Shown here: positions 1 to 11,315 of the stretch, in pieces
How the letters are laid out: the number at the start of each line of letters is the position of its first letter
How positions within the stretch are numbered: position 1 is the stretch's first letter
Assembly: GCA_003427395.1 (NCBI GenBank)
Contig: BFEA01000001.1
Location: 1,694,280-1,758,279 of the forward strand
Direction of reading: 5' to 3'
DNA: 64,000 nucleotides
Source of the DNA: Chara braunii
Taxonomy: Eukaryota; Plantae; Charophyceae
The notes under the pieces: model-generated
Told to the model about the DNA's origin: nothing
The model's database searches: none
The model's input: the letters and a program-made list of their open reading frames with translations, nothing else
Made by a program: the position numbers and the translations under genes

Positions 1-150
1 AACTCAGACTAAGTAGCGATCTCACTTAGCCACGTGCAAGGCCAAACCACAAAGGTAAGTTCTCTCACCAACCCAAGTCACCTTGGACAAACAATAGTTC
101 GTAGTCTTTTAATGACTTATCCCTTTGTACCCAGCTTACATAGAGCATCA

Positions 151-1446
151 AGTTATGTCATTCATCTTAGAAATAATGTCAACTCTTTACCTTAGTTATA
201 CACGAACAGGTTGCACAACTATTTTTCTCTTCATTGGGCATATAACTAAGCCATTCGTCTTAGAAACAATGCTTAGTCGCAGTGTTTAATAGCCAAGCGA
301 TATATATCTCTATGAACTTAATCTTCAAAAATGAGCGTAGAACTGAGTCATTCATCTTAGAAACAATACTCAGCCGACCCAAGTTACCTTCAGTTAGAGC
401 TTTTAATTATACTCTTTTGATTTGTGATAAGGCTATAGTTAGACCATTCATCTTAGAAACAATGTCTGACTAGCATTATTCTTATAAACATATAGATATA
501 TAAAATATAGAAAGTCTTATTCCTCTGTTCACATTATAATCCTGTGGCCTCAGACTTAGACCTTTCATCTTAGAAACAATGTCCAGTCTTTGGCTTGAGC
601 CTCCCCTCAGAATAAAACAACCAAAAGAGTTGAGTCATTCGTCTTAGAAATAATGCTCAACCCTCTTTTATCAGCAACAAGCGGTTATCGAGTAGCTGAA
701 AATTCAGAAATAAAAATTCTGAAGTGAGAGTTTTGGACAATCTGAAAATCCTGAATGGTCCTGAAGTGGTGAAAGGTCCGAAGACCCTGAAAACCACCTG
801 TTTAGGCAGGCTGCATCTTGTAGTGGTGAAGGGTGTCCTGAAGTGGTCAAGTGAGAGTTTTGGGCAGCCTGAAAATCCTGAATGGTCCTGAATTTGTGAA
901 AGGTCCGAAGACCATGAAAACCACCCTTCACCACTTGAGGATGCATCCTGCCTAAACATGTGGTTTTCAGGGTCTTCGGAGCTTTCACGACTTCAGGACC
1001 ATTCAGGATTTCCAGACCTGAATGGTCCTGAAGTGGTGAAAGGTCCGAAGACCTTGAAAACCACATTTTTAGGCAGGCTGCATCCTGAAGTGGTGAAGGG
1101 TGTTCTGCAGTGGTGATGAAAAATACGACTGTTGTTTACCTTCTCTCTTCTCAGCACTAAAAAAAAAAACAGAGTACCCTGGGTCAAGACCCAGAGACTA
1201 TTTAGAAACCAGCCAAAAATAAACAGCGACCAGACCATTCATCTTAGAAACAATGTCTGGCCCTCAAGGTTTGCACAATCAATACCCCATAGAAACAACA
1301 ACCAGACCATTCATCTTAGAAACAATGCCTGGTTAAATTAAATAAACGCAGCGACAAAGCCATTCATCTTAGAAACAATGCTTGGTCCTTCAGAAAATAG
1401 AACAAAACACAGCAATCGGGTCATCCATCTTAGAAACAATGCCCGA
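151..1446. repeat. Dispersed array of ~10 stem-loops with constant loop CATTCATCTTAGAAACAAT
   Basis: Loop starts at ~159, 252, 349, 445, 562, 637, 1236, 1308, 1361 and 1422. Each is flanked by a different inverted repeat, e.g. ACTAAGC/GCTTAGT, CTGAGT/ACTCAG, CCAGAC/GTCTGG, TCGGGT/GCCCGA. Confidence 0.9.
717..1115. repeat. ~125-bp minisatellite with one inverted unit
   Basis: CCTGAATGGTCCTGAAGTGGTGAAAGGTCCGAAGACC occurs at ~750, ~877 and ~1017, with a reverse-complement copy at ~925-1012. Confidence 0.85.
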
Positions 1447-3590
1447 CCTTATAAGACCCATCCAAGCGCAAGCAAAACTGCCTTCCTCCAAGCCTGCCCC
1501 CTGATGCAACCCCTTTTTACAATCTGCTTTCAGACAACCAACAAAGTTGAAACTGAAACTTGTGCATGCATTTTTTTGCTTAGTCTGGGTTATGTCCTGA
1601 AAGTCAAACTGAAAGTCAAAGTAGGGGTGCACTCAATATACTCAGTCAGGGACATAGAAAGATGTATAGATAGGGGTTATAACTGGGTTTGTAAGGGAAA
1701 GCAATGGTTGCCTTTGAGTTCCTTGCCTCCATAACCCCTCATGAGTTTCGCCAGAGCTCCAAGAATCGGTGGGTTGACTCCCCATAGAGTCTTAATGCGG
1801 ACCTACGGGTTGCAATCCCACCTGTCGCCTTCCTCTCAGAACCAATAGACTAGACTTAGAGTAAGAAGGGCAGACGAAGATAGATTTGAGACTCTTAGAT
1901 CCAAGGAGGGTGCTCTCAGACTCGCGTGAGAGGGTCTTCCAACCTTCAGTCCTCCAACCGGCTTAACAGCAATCCAGCCAGCTGCCTAAGTCTGCATCTC
2001 ACGGTTGGTCCTTGCAGCTGCTTCGCATGGTAGGACGAGCATCACTCGAGTCAACAGGTAAGTTCCCAGACTCTGCCTCTATTCCCTTACTTTTCCTGTC
2101 TACAGGGTGCACAATACACTGGTGAACAAAAGCTTTGTAATCCCGTTGGTCTCCTTGGTAAGCAGGTCGTTGGGACGGGAAACACACTGGCCAACAGGAA
2201 GGGTTCCTCCCTATGTAAACCGCCTCTTGCTCCACAGGTAAGCTTCCACCCGCTCCGCTCGTCTGCAGCTTCTTCGCTCAACAGGCTGAACAGCACACCG
2301 ACTCACAGGTAAGCCACCACCTCGCTATTCACTCACAGCCAGCTTCGTTCGGTGCAATGAGCAGCTCACCGGTCCACAGGCTAGCCCCCAAGCCTGCACT
2401 CTATAACCCGTCACTCCTGTCTAGTGGAACGCGCATCGTTTCGGTCACCAAGTAAGCCCTCAGATTGTGGCTCGCTTGCGGCTGCCTCTGATTCTCAATA
2501 CTCCTGGTCGCCTGCTTCTGTCGCGTCCGCTCGAAGCTTTGAGGAATGAGGGTCACGAACGGGAAAAAAAACACGGAGAGGAACGATATATAATCAGCGG
2601 AAAAAGGATCGTCATCCCGACGAGCAACAACCGATCGGGAATAAAACTGCGATTTTCCTGACTACCTTCGTAGGATAAGCGTGAACCTTTCACTGAAAAC
2701 CATTGCTGATGCACTGCTATCCAACCCTGAACGCAGAGGGATAGACGACCTTCGATAGGATATAAGCTAGATCGGAATGAATCTTCCGCTAGGACATGGA
2801 CATATACACCGCTATCCGTCCTTGCTCCTCGCTCGATCCCTCCGACCGACAGGTAAGTCTCCCTCTTCGCCCCTACCTCACGCTATTTTGCCGATAGGAT
2901 AAGCAAAATTGAATGAACATACCGATAGACGATGGAAAGATACATCGTCAATTCTAAGTCCGCTTCTCCCGTGCGCGGCTCCAGCCTGTCGGACTGCAAA
3001 ACGCGTTCACTCTTCCGCCGATCAGAGTGTACCATCAGATGCGTGGCGCCTGAAAACCCCTTCGAGCCTCATCTTCACTCGCCTGTTCCTATTGACTAGT
3101 AATCGAGATCACCAATTTTTTACCTCACCATCGCTTCTTCCACAATACCTCCACGCACCTCCTTTCCTTATCTAGCTCTAATCTCAATAACCTACCACTG
3201 AATCCGACCCCACCATGCAGCTCACCCGGACAAAAAAAACCCGAATTGCCTCCTCCTTTGCCCCGTTTCGTCAAGGAACAAGCGCATTGTCGAGCGCATT
3301 GGTCCGGCACCGCACAAGGCAGCGCGGGACCCTCCCGACCGTGTCACGCAGGAGTTGGTATGTTCCTTCGTCGTGAATATACATGGAGCTTCCGCAAGCC
3401 GCTCTGACCGAGTGCGGCACCCATACCTCTCGCGAGCCCCTACGACAAGATAGGGCCACGACTTACCTCCACCTTACGGGAGTTGTCACCTCCCTTCGGT
3501 GGGCGTATCCCCGTCGAGCTACCAGTCCACAGTACGAAAGCTAATCAGCTGCAACCCTTGCAGCGTGATCCCAGGTGACGCAGGTCCCGC

Positions 3591-3667
3591 TGCATATCTT
3601 GGTGGTAGTAGCAACTCTCAGATAGGAACTTTGAAGACCGGTGTGGCAAAGGGTTCCATGTGAACGG
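3591..3667 (+). pseudogene. Degenerate 25S/28S rRNA fragment
   Basis: TGCATATCTTGGTGGTAGTAGCAA...GAACTTTGAAGAC...GGTTCCATGTGAAC matches the conserved LSU segment GCAGATCTTGGTGGTAGTAGCAAATATTCAAATGAGAACTTTGAAGAC. Confidence 0.85.
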
Positions 3668-3726
3668 CTGCGCACAGTCAGTGTTGCTGCAGCAGCCACT
3701 GCCCCCAGTCTCCCGTCCTGCTGTGC

Positions 3727-3920
3727 CTAGGCACGGTTCACCATCTGCGGGTCCCAACCGGGCATGCCCACACTCAAACCTCACACGGCAGACCGTGGTT
3801 GGCGGATGGTGCACCCGCGGAGGGTCCCGCCACTCAAGTTTCTTCCGCCTTGTCGGCTAACCCAACAGGCTCACATGCACGTTGAACTCCTCAGCTTGCG
3901 GTTTCAACAGTTCATGGGCG
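3727..3920 (-). pseudogene. Degenerate 25S/28S rRNA fragment
   Basis: GGCACGGTTCACCATCTGCGGGTCCC...GCATGCCCACACTCAAACC...GGTGCACCCGCG is the antisense of the LSU region containing GACCCGAAAGATGGTGAACTATGCC. Confidence 0.75.
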
Positions 3921-5156
3921 TATCAATTGAACCACGCCCCGCTGGTCCCCGGATACAACTCCGGTACCAGTGTTGTCGCCGCGCCCCAAAAATGGGACCG
4001 ACAACTAAAAATAACTTAAGAGAAAATAAAAATACGGACGTCGGAAACTGGTGCTTTGGGAAAGGGAGACCGCCTGTACCACTCTTAGTTCCGCCGATCG
4101 GGCCTATGGAGGGGTCGGCAACAAAACCAAGGGGGATAGCCCCGCCGGGCCCTCAACCCCTCGGCATCTTCAGCCGTTTCGATGTTCCATCACTGCCGGT
4201 CGTCGCCCTCGATCCCTGTACCGCCGCTTTGAAAGTCCAATGCCGTTACCAATAGTGCTAGTACCCAAGGCTGAGACGGGCCACTGCAAAATTCAATATA
4301 AACTGTTGTCGCACGGCACGCAGGCCTACCAAAATACCTCAAGGCCACTCCTTCACCTACAGACCAACTCACGACTGTCGTTCTATGACGCCCGCCGCTC
4401 CTAGGGCCTGGCTCCGTCCACGACTATCAACCTCCCACGTCCACCGCGCGGAGGTCCCTGCTCATGTTCAATTTTCTCTCGCATGCTCCAATCACTGCCC
4501 AAAGCAACACCACTTCCGATGACGCATGCCGTATGAACGCAGACGTACCATGGTCACTTCAATAAAAGAAAAATTTTTCCTAGTCTTAATCAAAGCCAAA
4601 AAATTTTGCCGGCGGAAACGCCGACTCCATAGCATCAAGAAAAAATCATCACGCACGCCTCAAAACTGCGCGCCCATACATTCTCTACTTCCAGTCAACC
4701 ATTCAGTCAGTGCGAACAAAATGTAACTGCGACTCGCGTAGTGTACTTAAATTTCAAACAAAACCTATTTTCTGTCACTTGCAAAAACTAGAGCGGATAC
4801 CCTTGTAAGGGTATTCGCGCCGACAGCGCAATACTGCCCCCGGGTTCACTCGTCCCTCACCGCGATCATACTCCACTTCCCTTCCGCTCCATTCAATCCC
4901 GTTGCCTCCGTAGCTGCGCTCAGTCACAGAGCCGAGCGGTAGGACGACTACTCCCCTTCGGCTATCTTGAGGGAAACTGCGGAGAGAAAAACCGCCACGG
5001 CCCGATGTCTACAGCGCTTGATAAAATTTTCTAAAGGGTTCAAACTAACGGGCTGTACGTGTGATCCTCCGCCTTTGCGCCCAAGCCTGGCAGAGGATAT
5101 GCACAGCGGTATTACTATTGGCTTCCGCCACGTCGGCCTTGCCCCGCTCCGCTTCA

Positions 5157-5335
5157 GTCATCCCAAGGGAAACTCCAGAGTGAACCAGTTGTCAACAACT
5201 AATCTAGTCTTTCGGCCCTATACCTAGGCGTGACGAACGATTCGCAAGTCAATTTCGCTGCAAGCCCCGGCCTGGGCTGCCCACAGCCTTGCCCTTGCTC
5301 AGGCATAGTTCATCACCTGCGGGTCCCCGTCGGCA
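5157..5335 (-). pseudogene. Degenerate 25S/28S rRNA fragment (further pieces at ~4960-4990 and ~5563-5630)
   Basis: TAGTCTTTCGGCCCTATACC...GACGAACGATTCGCAAGTCA...GCTCAGGCATAGTTCATCA is the antisense of LSU TGAACTATGCCTGAGC...GCAAATCGTTCGTC...GGTATAGGGGCGAAAGACTA. Confidence 0.8.
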
Positions 5336-6403
5336 TGGTACGGGTCACAATGCTCTACCCGCTTGGATGGAACAAGGCCTTCGTCGTCCGCAGCAATGGT
5401 GACTTGGTACTTTGCTGGTCACACGGCGCCAGGACGCTTGCGGTCACCTTTAGAGATGACCGCAAAATCCTTCTCTCCTCGGCTACACCAGCCGCTGACA
5501 AATGGGCACTCAATTGGTAGATTTAGGACCTCGGCAAAACTGTCCAACCGGTTCTATTACTCGTGGGCCCCAACGGGCATGCTCACACTCAAACCTCTCC
5601 GGGCAGATCGTTGCTGGCCGCCGACGCACTCGTAGTGTCCTCGACCACCTTGACGGCCAACCGTGGCCGGTGTCACGTCCAACCTTCGAAAAGTCAAAAC
5701 ATAAAATTAAATAATAATGACAACAAAAAAATAAACAATGTTTTTAGACGCTTCTAATCGTCAAAAATATGACGAGGGGGAAAAAGGAATCACTAACACG
5801 TTCTGACGCTGTCGACGGCCAAACCAAAGAATGAAGCCCCGCCTGACCCTCAACCCTTCGGTCTCCTTCACGCTACTCTGATCTCCTCGCACCGTCGCCA
5901 CTCGATCCCGATCCCTGAATCTCTTTGACGAAAGTCCGACGCCGTAACCGCTACTAGGTCCGCTAGTGCTAGGTCCCAGGCTGGGTCTAGCCTTGTCGAA
6001 TACCTAAATAAACTAATACTGCGCGACACGCAGGTCTACCAAAACACTTACTGGAACGTTTTAATATCGCACTGTTGCCGATGCTGTCCTCCGCACGTGC
6101 GCACAAGTCACAGGCAGGCGCGCTAATCAACGAGATATAATCTTTTTAATCCTTGCCTAATCAGAAATTGAATTTTTGGCTGGCGATCACGCCGGTTTTC
6201 ACAATCATCAAAAGGAAAAATAGATCACACGCGCCGTCAGTTTGCGCGCCCACTCACTCTCTGCTCTAGTCAACCATCCAGTCAAACATCAACCCCAGAC
6301 TCAGTCGCGCCTCGCGCGGTATACTTGGACTTCAAACCAAACTTATTTTTTGTCACGTGCAAAAACCAAGGCGGATACCCTTGTAAGGGTATTCGCACCG
6401 ACA

Positions 6404-7701
6404 GCGCCAGAGTGCTCTTCCTTCTTATCCTCCATCACACTGCCATCGCCGCCTTTACCTTTTACACGCACCCGGCCCGATCCTCGTCCGGGTTTGCTTT
6501 ACCCCTCCCCTCCTGGCTGGCTCCACTAACGCAGCATTTTTGATAGCGGCTCGCCCTGGTCACAACAAACTTCGGTCGTCGACAAAAAAAATAAAAATGA
6601 AACGGTGGAGTCAAAACAGACTCCACGCGCCTCTCCTCCAATTTATGCGCATCATCCTTGCGCCGGGGCCGAACTAATCTTCTCTATATCTTTCCAATTT
6701 TATCGGATGTCCCGTAGGACTCTAACCGGGGTAATACCCCGCGACCTTCTGAAGTTTGAACGGCCCCCCCTCTCTTAGGGACCAGCGCAGCCCCAAGCAG
6801 GCCAGAATATTTGGTTATACTCATCAAGTGTCATCATCTAGGCCCGATCCGCGGGTCTGTATTCCAACAGTTCAGGAGTGCAGCTACCTCGCTAAGCTCT
6901 TGGGCCGACAGCCAGTCTCGGGACCGGTGCCGAACCCATGCCAAAAAGATAGGGCCGAGTAAAATAAAAACAAATAAATAAATTTTAACCTACGAGGGGA
7001 ATAGATGCGGGGAGAGGAGAAAGGAAGTGGGGGCCTACCGGTACTTCCCAGGTTCGGCCAAGCGGGCCCGCGATCGGACTCCCCCGACAAAACTAAAAGG
7101 GATAGTCCCGTGGGACCCTCGACCCCTCAGCTTCTTCAATGCTTCGTCGCTCCTGCGTCGTCACCCGTTGGTCTCGACCCCCACGCCTCCGTCTCGAAAG
7201 TCCAATGTCGCAACCTATAGGGCTAAGCCCAAGCCTGAGACCAGCGAGTGCGAGCTCCTATATAAAGTGGTGCAGCACGACGCTCGTGCTCAGAAAGGTG
7301 GCCTGGGCCTCATCTCCGCTTACAACCAGGCGTGCGGCCGTTAAACACCCTCCCCGTCATACTCCGACTGCGTCACGGCGGCCACACGCCCCCTCCCGCA
7401 TGCCAAACCTACCGCCGGTCAAGCGTGCAAGACAAAGCCCTAGCCTTTTAATCCCCCGTTTAAAATGAAATTCAAGTCATTTGGCTATGCCGACTTCGTA
7501 ATCAAAAATATGAACAAAAGAATCACACGCGCGCCTTAAGACTGCGCGCTCACTAGCACTTCTTAGTCGAACAATCCCTAGTCTGTGTGCGGACGACCAC
7601 TACATTCCGCGCCGATATTCCAAAATTTCCAAGTTTAGTCAAATTTTCTGTTACTTGTAAAAAACAGGGCGGATACCCATGTTAGGGTATTCGCGCCGAC
7701 A
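6404..7701 (-). mobile_element. Truncated third copy of the same LTR start region
   Basis: Ends GCGGATACCCATGTTAGGGTATTCGCGCCGACA at 7701. Positions 7090-7215 align with 4125-4250 and 5820-5950. Confidence 0.65.
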
Positions 7702-8889
7702 CCGCCTATTGCTACATCCGGTCCTCAGAAGGAATGTGCCCGATGAAGTCATTGTCATCTGAAAGTAGGACGGATCGTAGAATGAAGAGAATGCGAGACC
7801 GGCAGACAAAGATAGTATGTGCTTGTTGTGGAAAGATTGGTCACACCCCTCGCAGATGTAAGGTGGCAGAGAAAGGGGTTAAAGAGTGAGGCCATTGGGC
7901 TTTAGGCAAGGGGTCTGGTTCCTCCCAACAACTATTACCAATTTACTTGTCTCATCCATAGCAAGAAAGCGATAGAATGGTGGTAGCAGTTTTGACCGAC
8001 TTATGGATAAACATTCGGAAGGTTATGACGGTGCGAAAGACCAAGTTGCTAGACTAATAGACAATTATCTGCTTGTGTTGCTTTTAAGCTGGGTCCTCAA
8101 ATTTTAGGAGGCACAAATTTTACTTTGTATATATTTTTGATTTTGGATGAGAATCCTTACTTTTTGAGGTTGTGCATACGCTCTGGGTTTGACAATCCAC
8201 TCTCTAAGCTGGCTTTGGAGACTTTGTAAGATTAGATTGTTCATACGCTGATATCCTTTTATTTTCATCAGAACGGTTGGGATCGTTTTGTGTACATCAA
8301 TCTTTTATGATTCGTAGGGTATGTTATACAAGGTCTTTTGCTTCTAATTGGGACCTGGAATGGTGATGATTTGAGGCTTGTAAAGATTCGAGACTCGAGA
8401 TAATCTGATTTTTCTATGAGGCCATCTTGGTATGGGTTTTGATTTCCCTGGGATGCAGAATCGTGCATGTTCTGATTGTCATTGGCATTTTCAGCATGAG
8501 AAATTTGTGGGTTTTTCTATATTTATTTTATTTAACATATGAGAAGGGAAGACTTAACTATGTATAATGAGAGAGTGACAAAAAAAGGTCAATGAAGAGT
8601 GCTTGAACCGGGGAGGGTTCAATGAAGAGAGGAAAGCGTGATTATCAGTGGAGGATTTCTGGGAGATTTAAAGATTCCAGAAAATCATATTGAGAGAGAG
8701 GTTATGCACGAGGGCGGCCTAAACGGTTGATGGTCTTATTGGGGCCCATCTCCAAGTGAAAGATATTTTTAAAGATTATATGGAATGCTTATCCTTGAGT
8801 GGGAAGGATAACTGAAAGATTTTTCTGGTTGAGAAATTTGCCTTCCTGACATGTATACAGCGATCACTCTGCCCTGGGCTCATAACTGT

Positions 8890-9125
8890 CAGTGAGGGAC
8901 TCGCGGCAGGGAAACCTGTCATGTATACGGGACCCTCACTTGACCTTTGGTTATGGACTGCGCGTGGTTTAGTCTGCGTCAGAGGGTAGGGATTATACTG
9001 CCATGTATACAGCAACGTCATCCTACCCAAAGTTTACGACTGCCTGTAAGGGAGACTCACGGCAGGGAAACCTGTCACGTATATGGGACCCTCACTTGGC
9101 CTTTGGTTGTGAACTGCGAGTGACC
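8890..9125. repeat. Tandem duplication, period ~158 bp
   Basis: GGCAGGGAAACCTGTCAYGTATAYGGGACCCTCACTTG occurs at ~8904 and ~9061. Confidence 0.8.
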
Positions 9126-10765
9126 AGTCTGCGACGGTATTTTCCGTGATTGAGAAAAATAAGGGTTAGCTAAGTTAAAAGAGGGAGGGTGTTTTAAAAT
9201 ATTTTTATCGTTGACTGTGGCTAAAAGATTAAATGGTATGGAAAGTTGACTGAATGATAAAGTATATTGAGAAAAATCAAGGGAAAATGATTGATTACTG
9301 TGAGATTTTGGGAAGTATAAACTTTGAATTTTATTTGGAAGAAGATTATGAAAGTTTGCTCATTGAGCAAAACTTATGGTTGAGGATTGATAAAGTGTGT
9401 GACAAATGTGAAAAACTCTACTTATAAAAGTAGGATTTTGGGACAGGAGGGGTGTTTTTTTTTTTTTTTGAAAACTTAATGAATACCCCTACCCATCTAA
9501 TGAGTGGCTTGTGCATGACAGTAATGACGTGTGGGATTGGGCTTAACGGGGCCCTACCCATAAGGTACATTTATGGTATATATGATAGGGTCAACCACCC
9601 TAATCTTCTAGCTAGCTGAGAGATTGAGATGTCTGATCAATCCCCACAATGGGGTGTTCCTTTGGGGAAGAGCTCGAAAATGAGTGTATAGATTAGTTGA
9701 AATTGAGTAATTGATGGGTGAAAAGAAAAAAGTCTAAATAAAGATTGAGATCCAGAAATTTGACCCACCACTGAGTCTGAGTGTTAGTTAGTGGTAGGAT
9801 GATCATGGTGCCCGGCGCGATAAAATATCGTTCAAAGAGACCGGAAGGGGTGTAGTCTTAAGTTTGATTTTAAATAACTTCCTGTCCGTGGTTATAGCAG
9901 GCGGAAAGTGGTTTTATCCACTTTGTTAAATTAGAGGTTGAAGTGTGTTTGTGCCTAGCCGATTATTCGGCTATTGTAGATTTCTATTTTGGTTAGGAGT
10001 TAAATGATATTTTTGACCAATGATTTTGTTCATTTCTTTTGAAGGATCAAGGCTTGGAGTGGATACAATAAACCATCTTAGCTGAAGGTAAGAATTTGAT
10101 AAAGTTATCATATGTTTTTTTTGAAGAATATGTTTGAATGGTATTTGGTTTAAGCATCCGTAGCGACAAGGACGTCGCTTAATAAGGTCCGGGTAGGTTG
10201 TCGTACCAAATACCCTTACAAGGGTATTTGGCGTGTTTTCGACAAGTTACGCCAGTGCAGCCCCGACCGTCAGACGGCACGCGCGGGGTATTGACGGCGA
10301 GGCGCGACCATGCGCAGCCTGGGTGTGCGTGACGTCGCGGATCAGCGGGACGCGTGGCGTTCGCTCTTATTTTTATTATTTATTTATCTACTTTTATTGT
10401 TTTTCTAAGATCTTTAGCTCGGTGATTGATTATGAGGCTAACGTTGAGACCGACGGGCCGGCTCAACTATTAGATTGTCGGACACGGATGGTTGTCGCGG
10501 CAGTCAAGGACCTTAACCACACGCCTCTTTCGACGGGCATGTTTGGGCTCCTGCGTATTAGGGATGCTGGAAAAAAATTTCCATCGCACTTGCGATGAAG
10601 CACGGAGCGATGAAGTCAACGAGCATGGAAGTGGTGAGGCCAGTCAGGGTTCCCTCCCCCTCCCCCGCTTCTCACTTAGGGAGCGTTTGTAGCCTAAAGT
10701 GAGAGGATTTGAAGGGCATTCCAATCAAGCCCGAGGGGCTGCAACCAAAGGATGGCGGGGGCTAC

Positions 10766-11315
10766 CGCGGGTGCACCGTCCAGCAACCACGGTCTACTGT
10801 AGAAGTGAGTGTGAGCATGAGTAATGGGCCCAGTAAAAGGCTGATCTGCGCCTGGGCAGCACCCAGGACACCTGGGCGGGACCGCAGTGTGGTTTTTGTT
10901 TCGCTTGAAACCCTCCCTCACGATGGTCTTCAAAGTTCTCATTTGAATATTTACTACTACCAACAAGATCTGCGTTGGGGCCCGCCTCACGTAAGCCCAT
11001 GCCTTAGGCTTTGCAGCAAGCTCGCTCCCTCCCACTCCTTGAGGAGTCGAAATAGTCGCGGGCAGCCAGGCGTAGGCTGCACTCTTCTGCGGGATTTCGG
11101 ACGTCGTGACCGCCGGTTTGCTGTCTGTGCTAACGGAACACCCGTTGTGATGTCTGGGTTAGTACACAGCCCATGTCAACGGGGTGGATGCTAGTAGTGA
11201 GCCGCTATGCCACAGATTTGCAAATCGTTCGTCGGCCTCGGGTATAGGGATGAAAGACTAATCGATCTGCCTAAGGTAGATCTCCCTTAAAGTCTCCCTC
11301 AGGCCGACAGGAGCA
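10766..11315. pseudogene. Mosaic of three 25S/28S rRNA fragments (+ 10766-10860, - 10925-11090, + 11219-11315)
   Basis: GTCTTCAAAGTTCTCATTTGAATATTTACTACTACCAACAAGATCTGC (antisense LSU), GCAAATCGTTCGTC...GGGTATAGGGATGAAAGACTAATCGA...TCCCTCAGG (sense LSU) and GGGTGCACCG...GAGTGTGAGCATG (sense LSU). Confidence 0.85.

Larger units (their letters stand above)
3288..4825 (-). mobile_element. ~1.54-kb solo-LTR-like element carrying 28S rRNA-derived segments
   Basis: Termini TGTCGAG...GCCGACA. GCGCA flanks both sides (3282-3286 plus one extra T; 4826-4830) as a probable 5-bp TSD. Terminal hairpin GCGGATACCCTTGTAAGGGTATTCGC. Confidence 0.6.
1..6403 (-). mobile_element. Long LTR-like sequence (Tat/Ogre-like), minus orientation, running off the window start and interrupted by the 3288-4825 insertion
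   Basis: Begins on the minus strand at 6403 with TGTCGGTGCGAATACCCTTACAAGGGTATCCGC, like the start at 10199. Positions 1-~1950 are a diverged reverse complement of ~13650-14982 (e.g. 1-62 vs 14921-14982), and ~3100-3240 resembles ~11570-11710. No coding capacity. Confidence 0.6.

Noticed and set aside
151-1446. CRISPR array
   Set aside because: Spacing is irregular, the repeats are short with variable flanking stems, there are no cas genes, and the context is a eukaryotic LTR.
4250-4345. 18S rRNA antisense resemblance
   Set aside because: The similarity is too weak to support by eye.
3591-11315. Functional rRNA gene or rDNA unit
   Set aside because: The pieces are short, diverged, scrambled and in mixed orientation.
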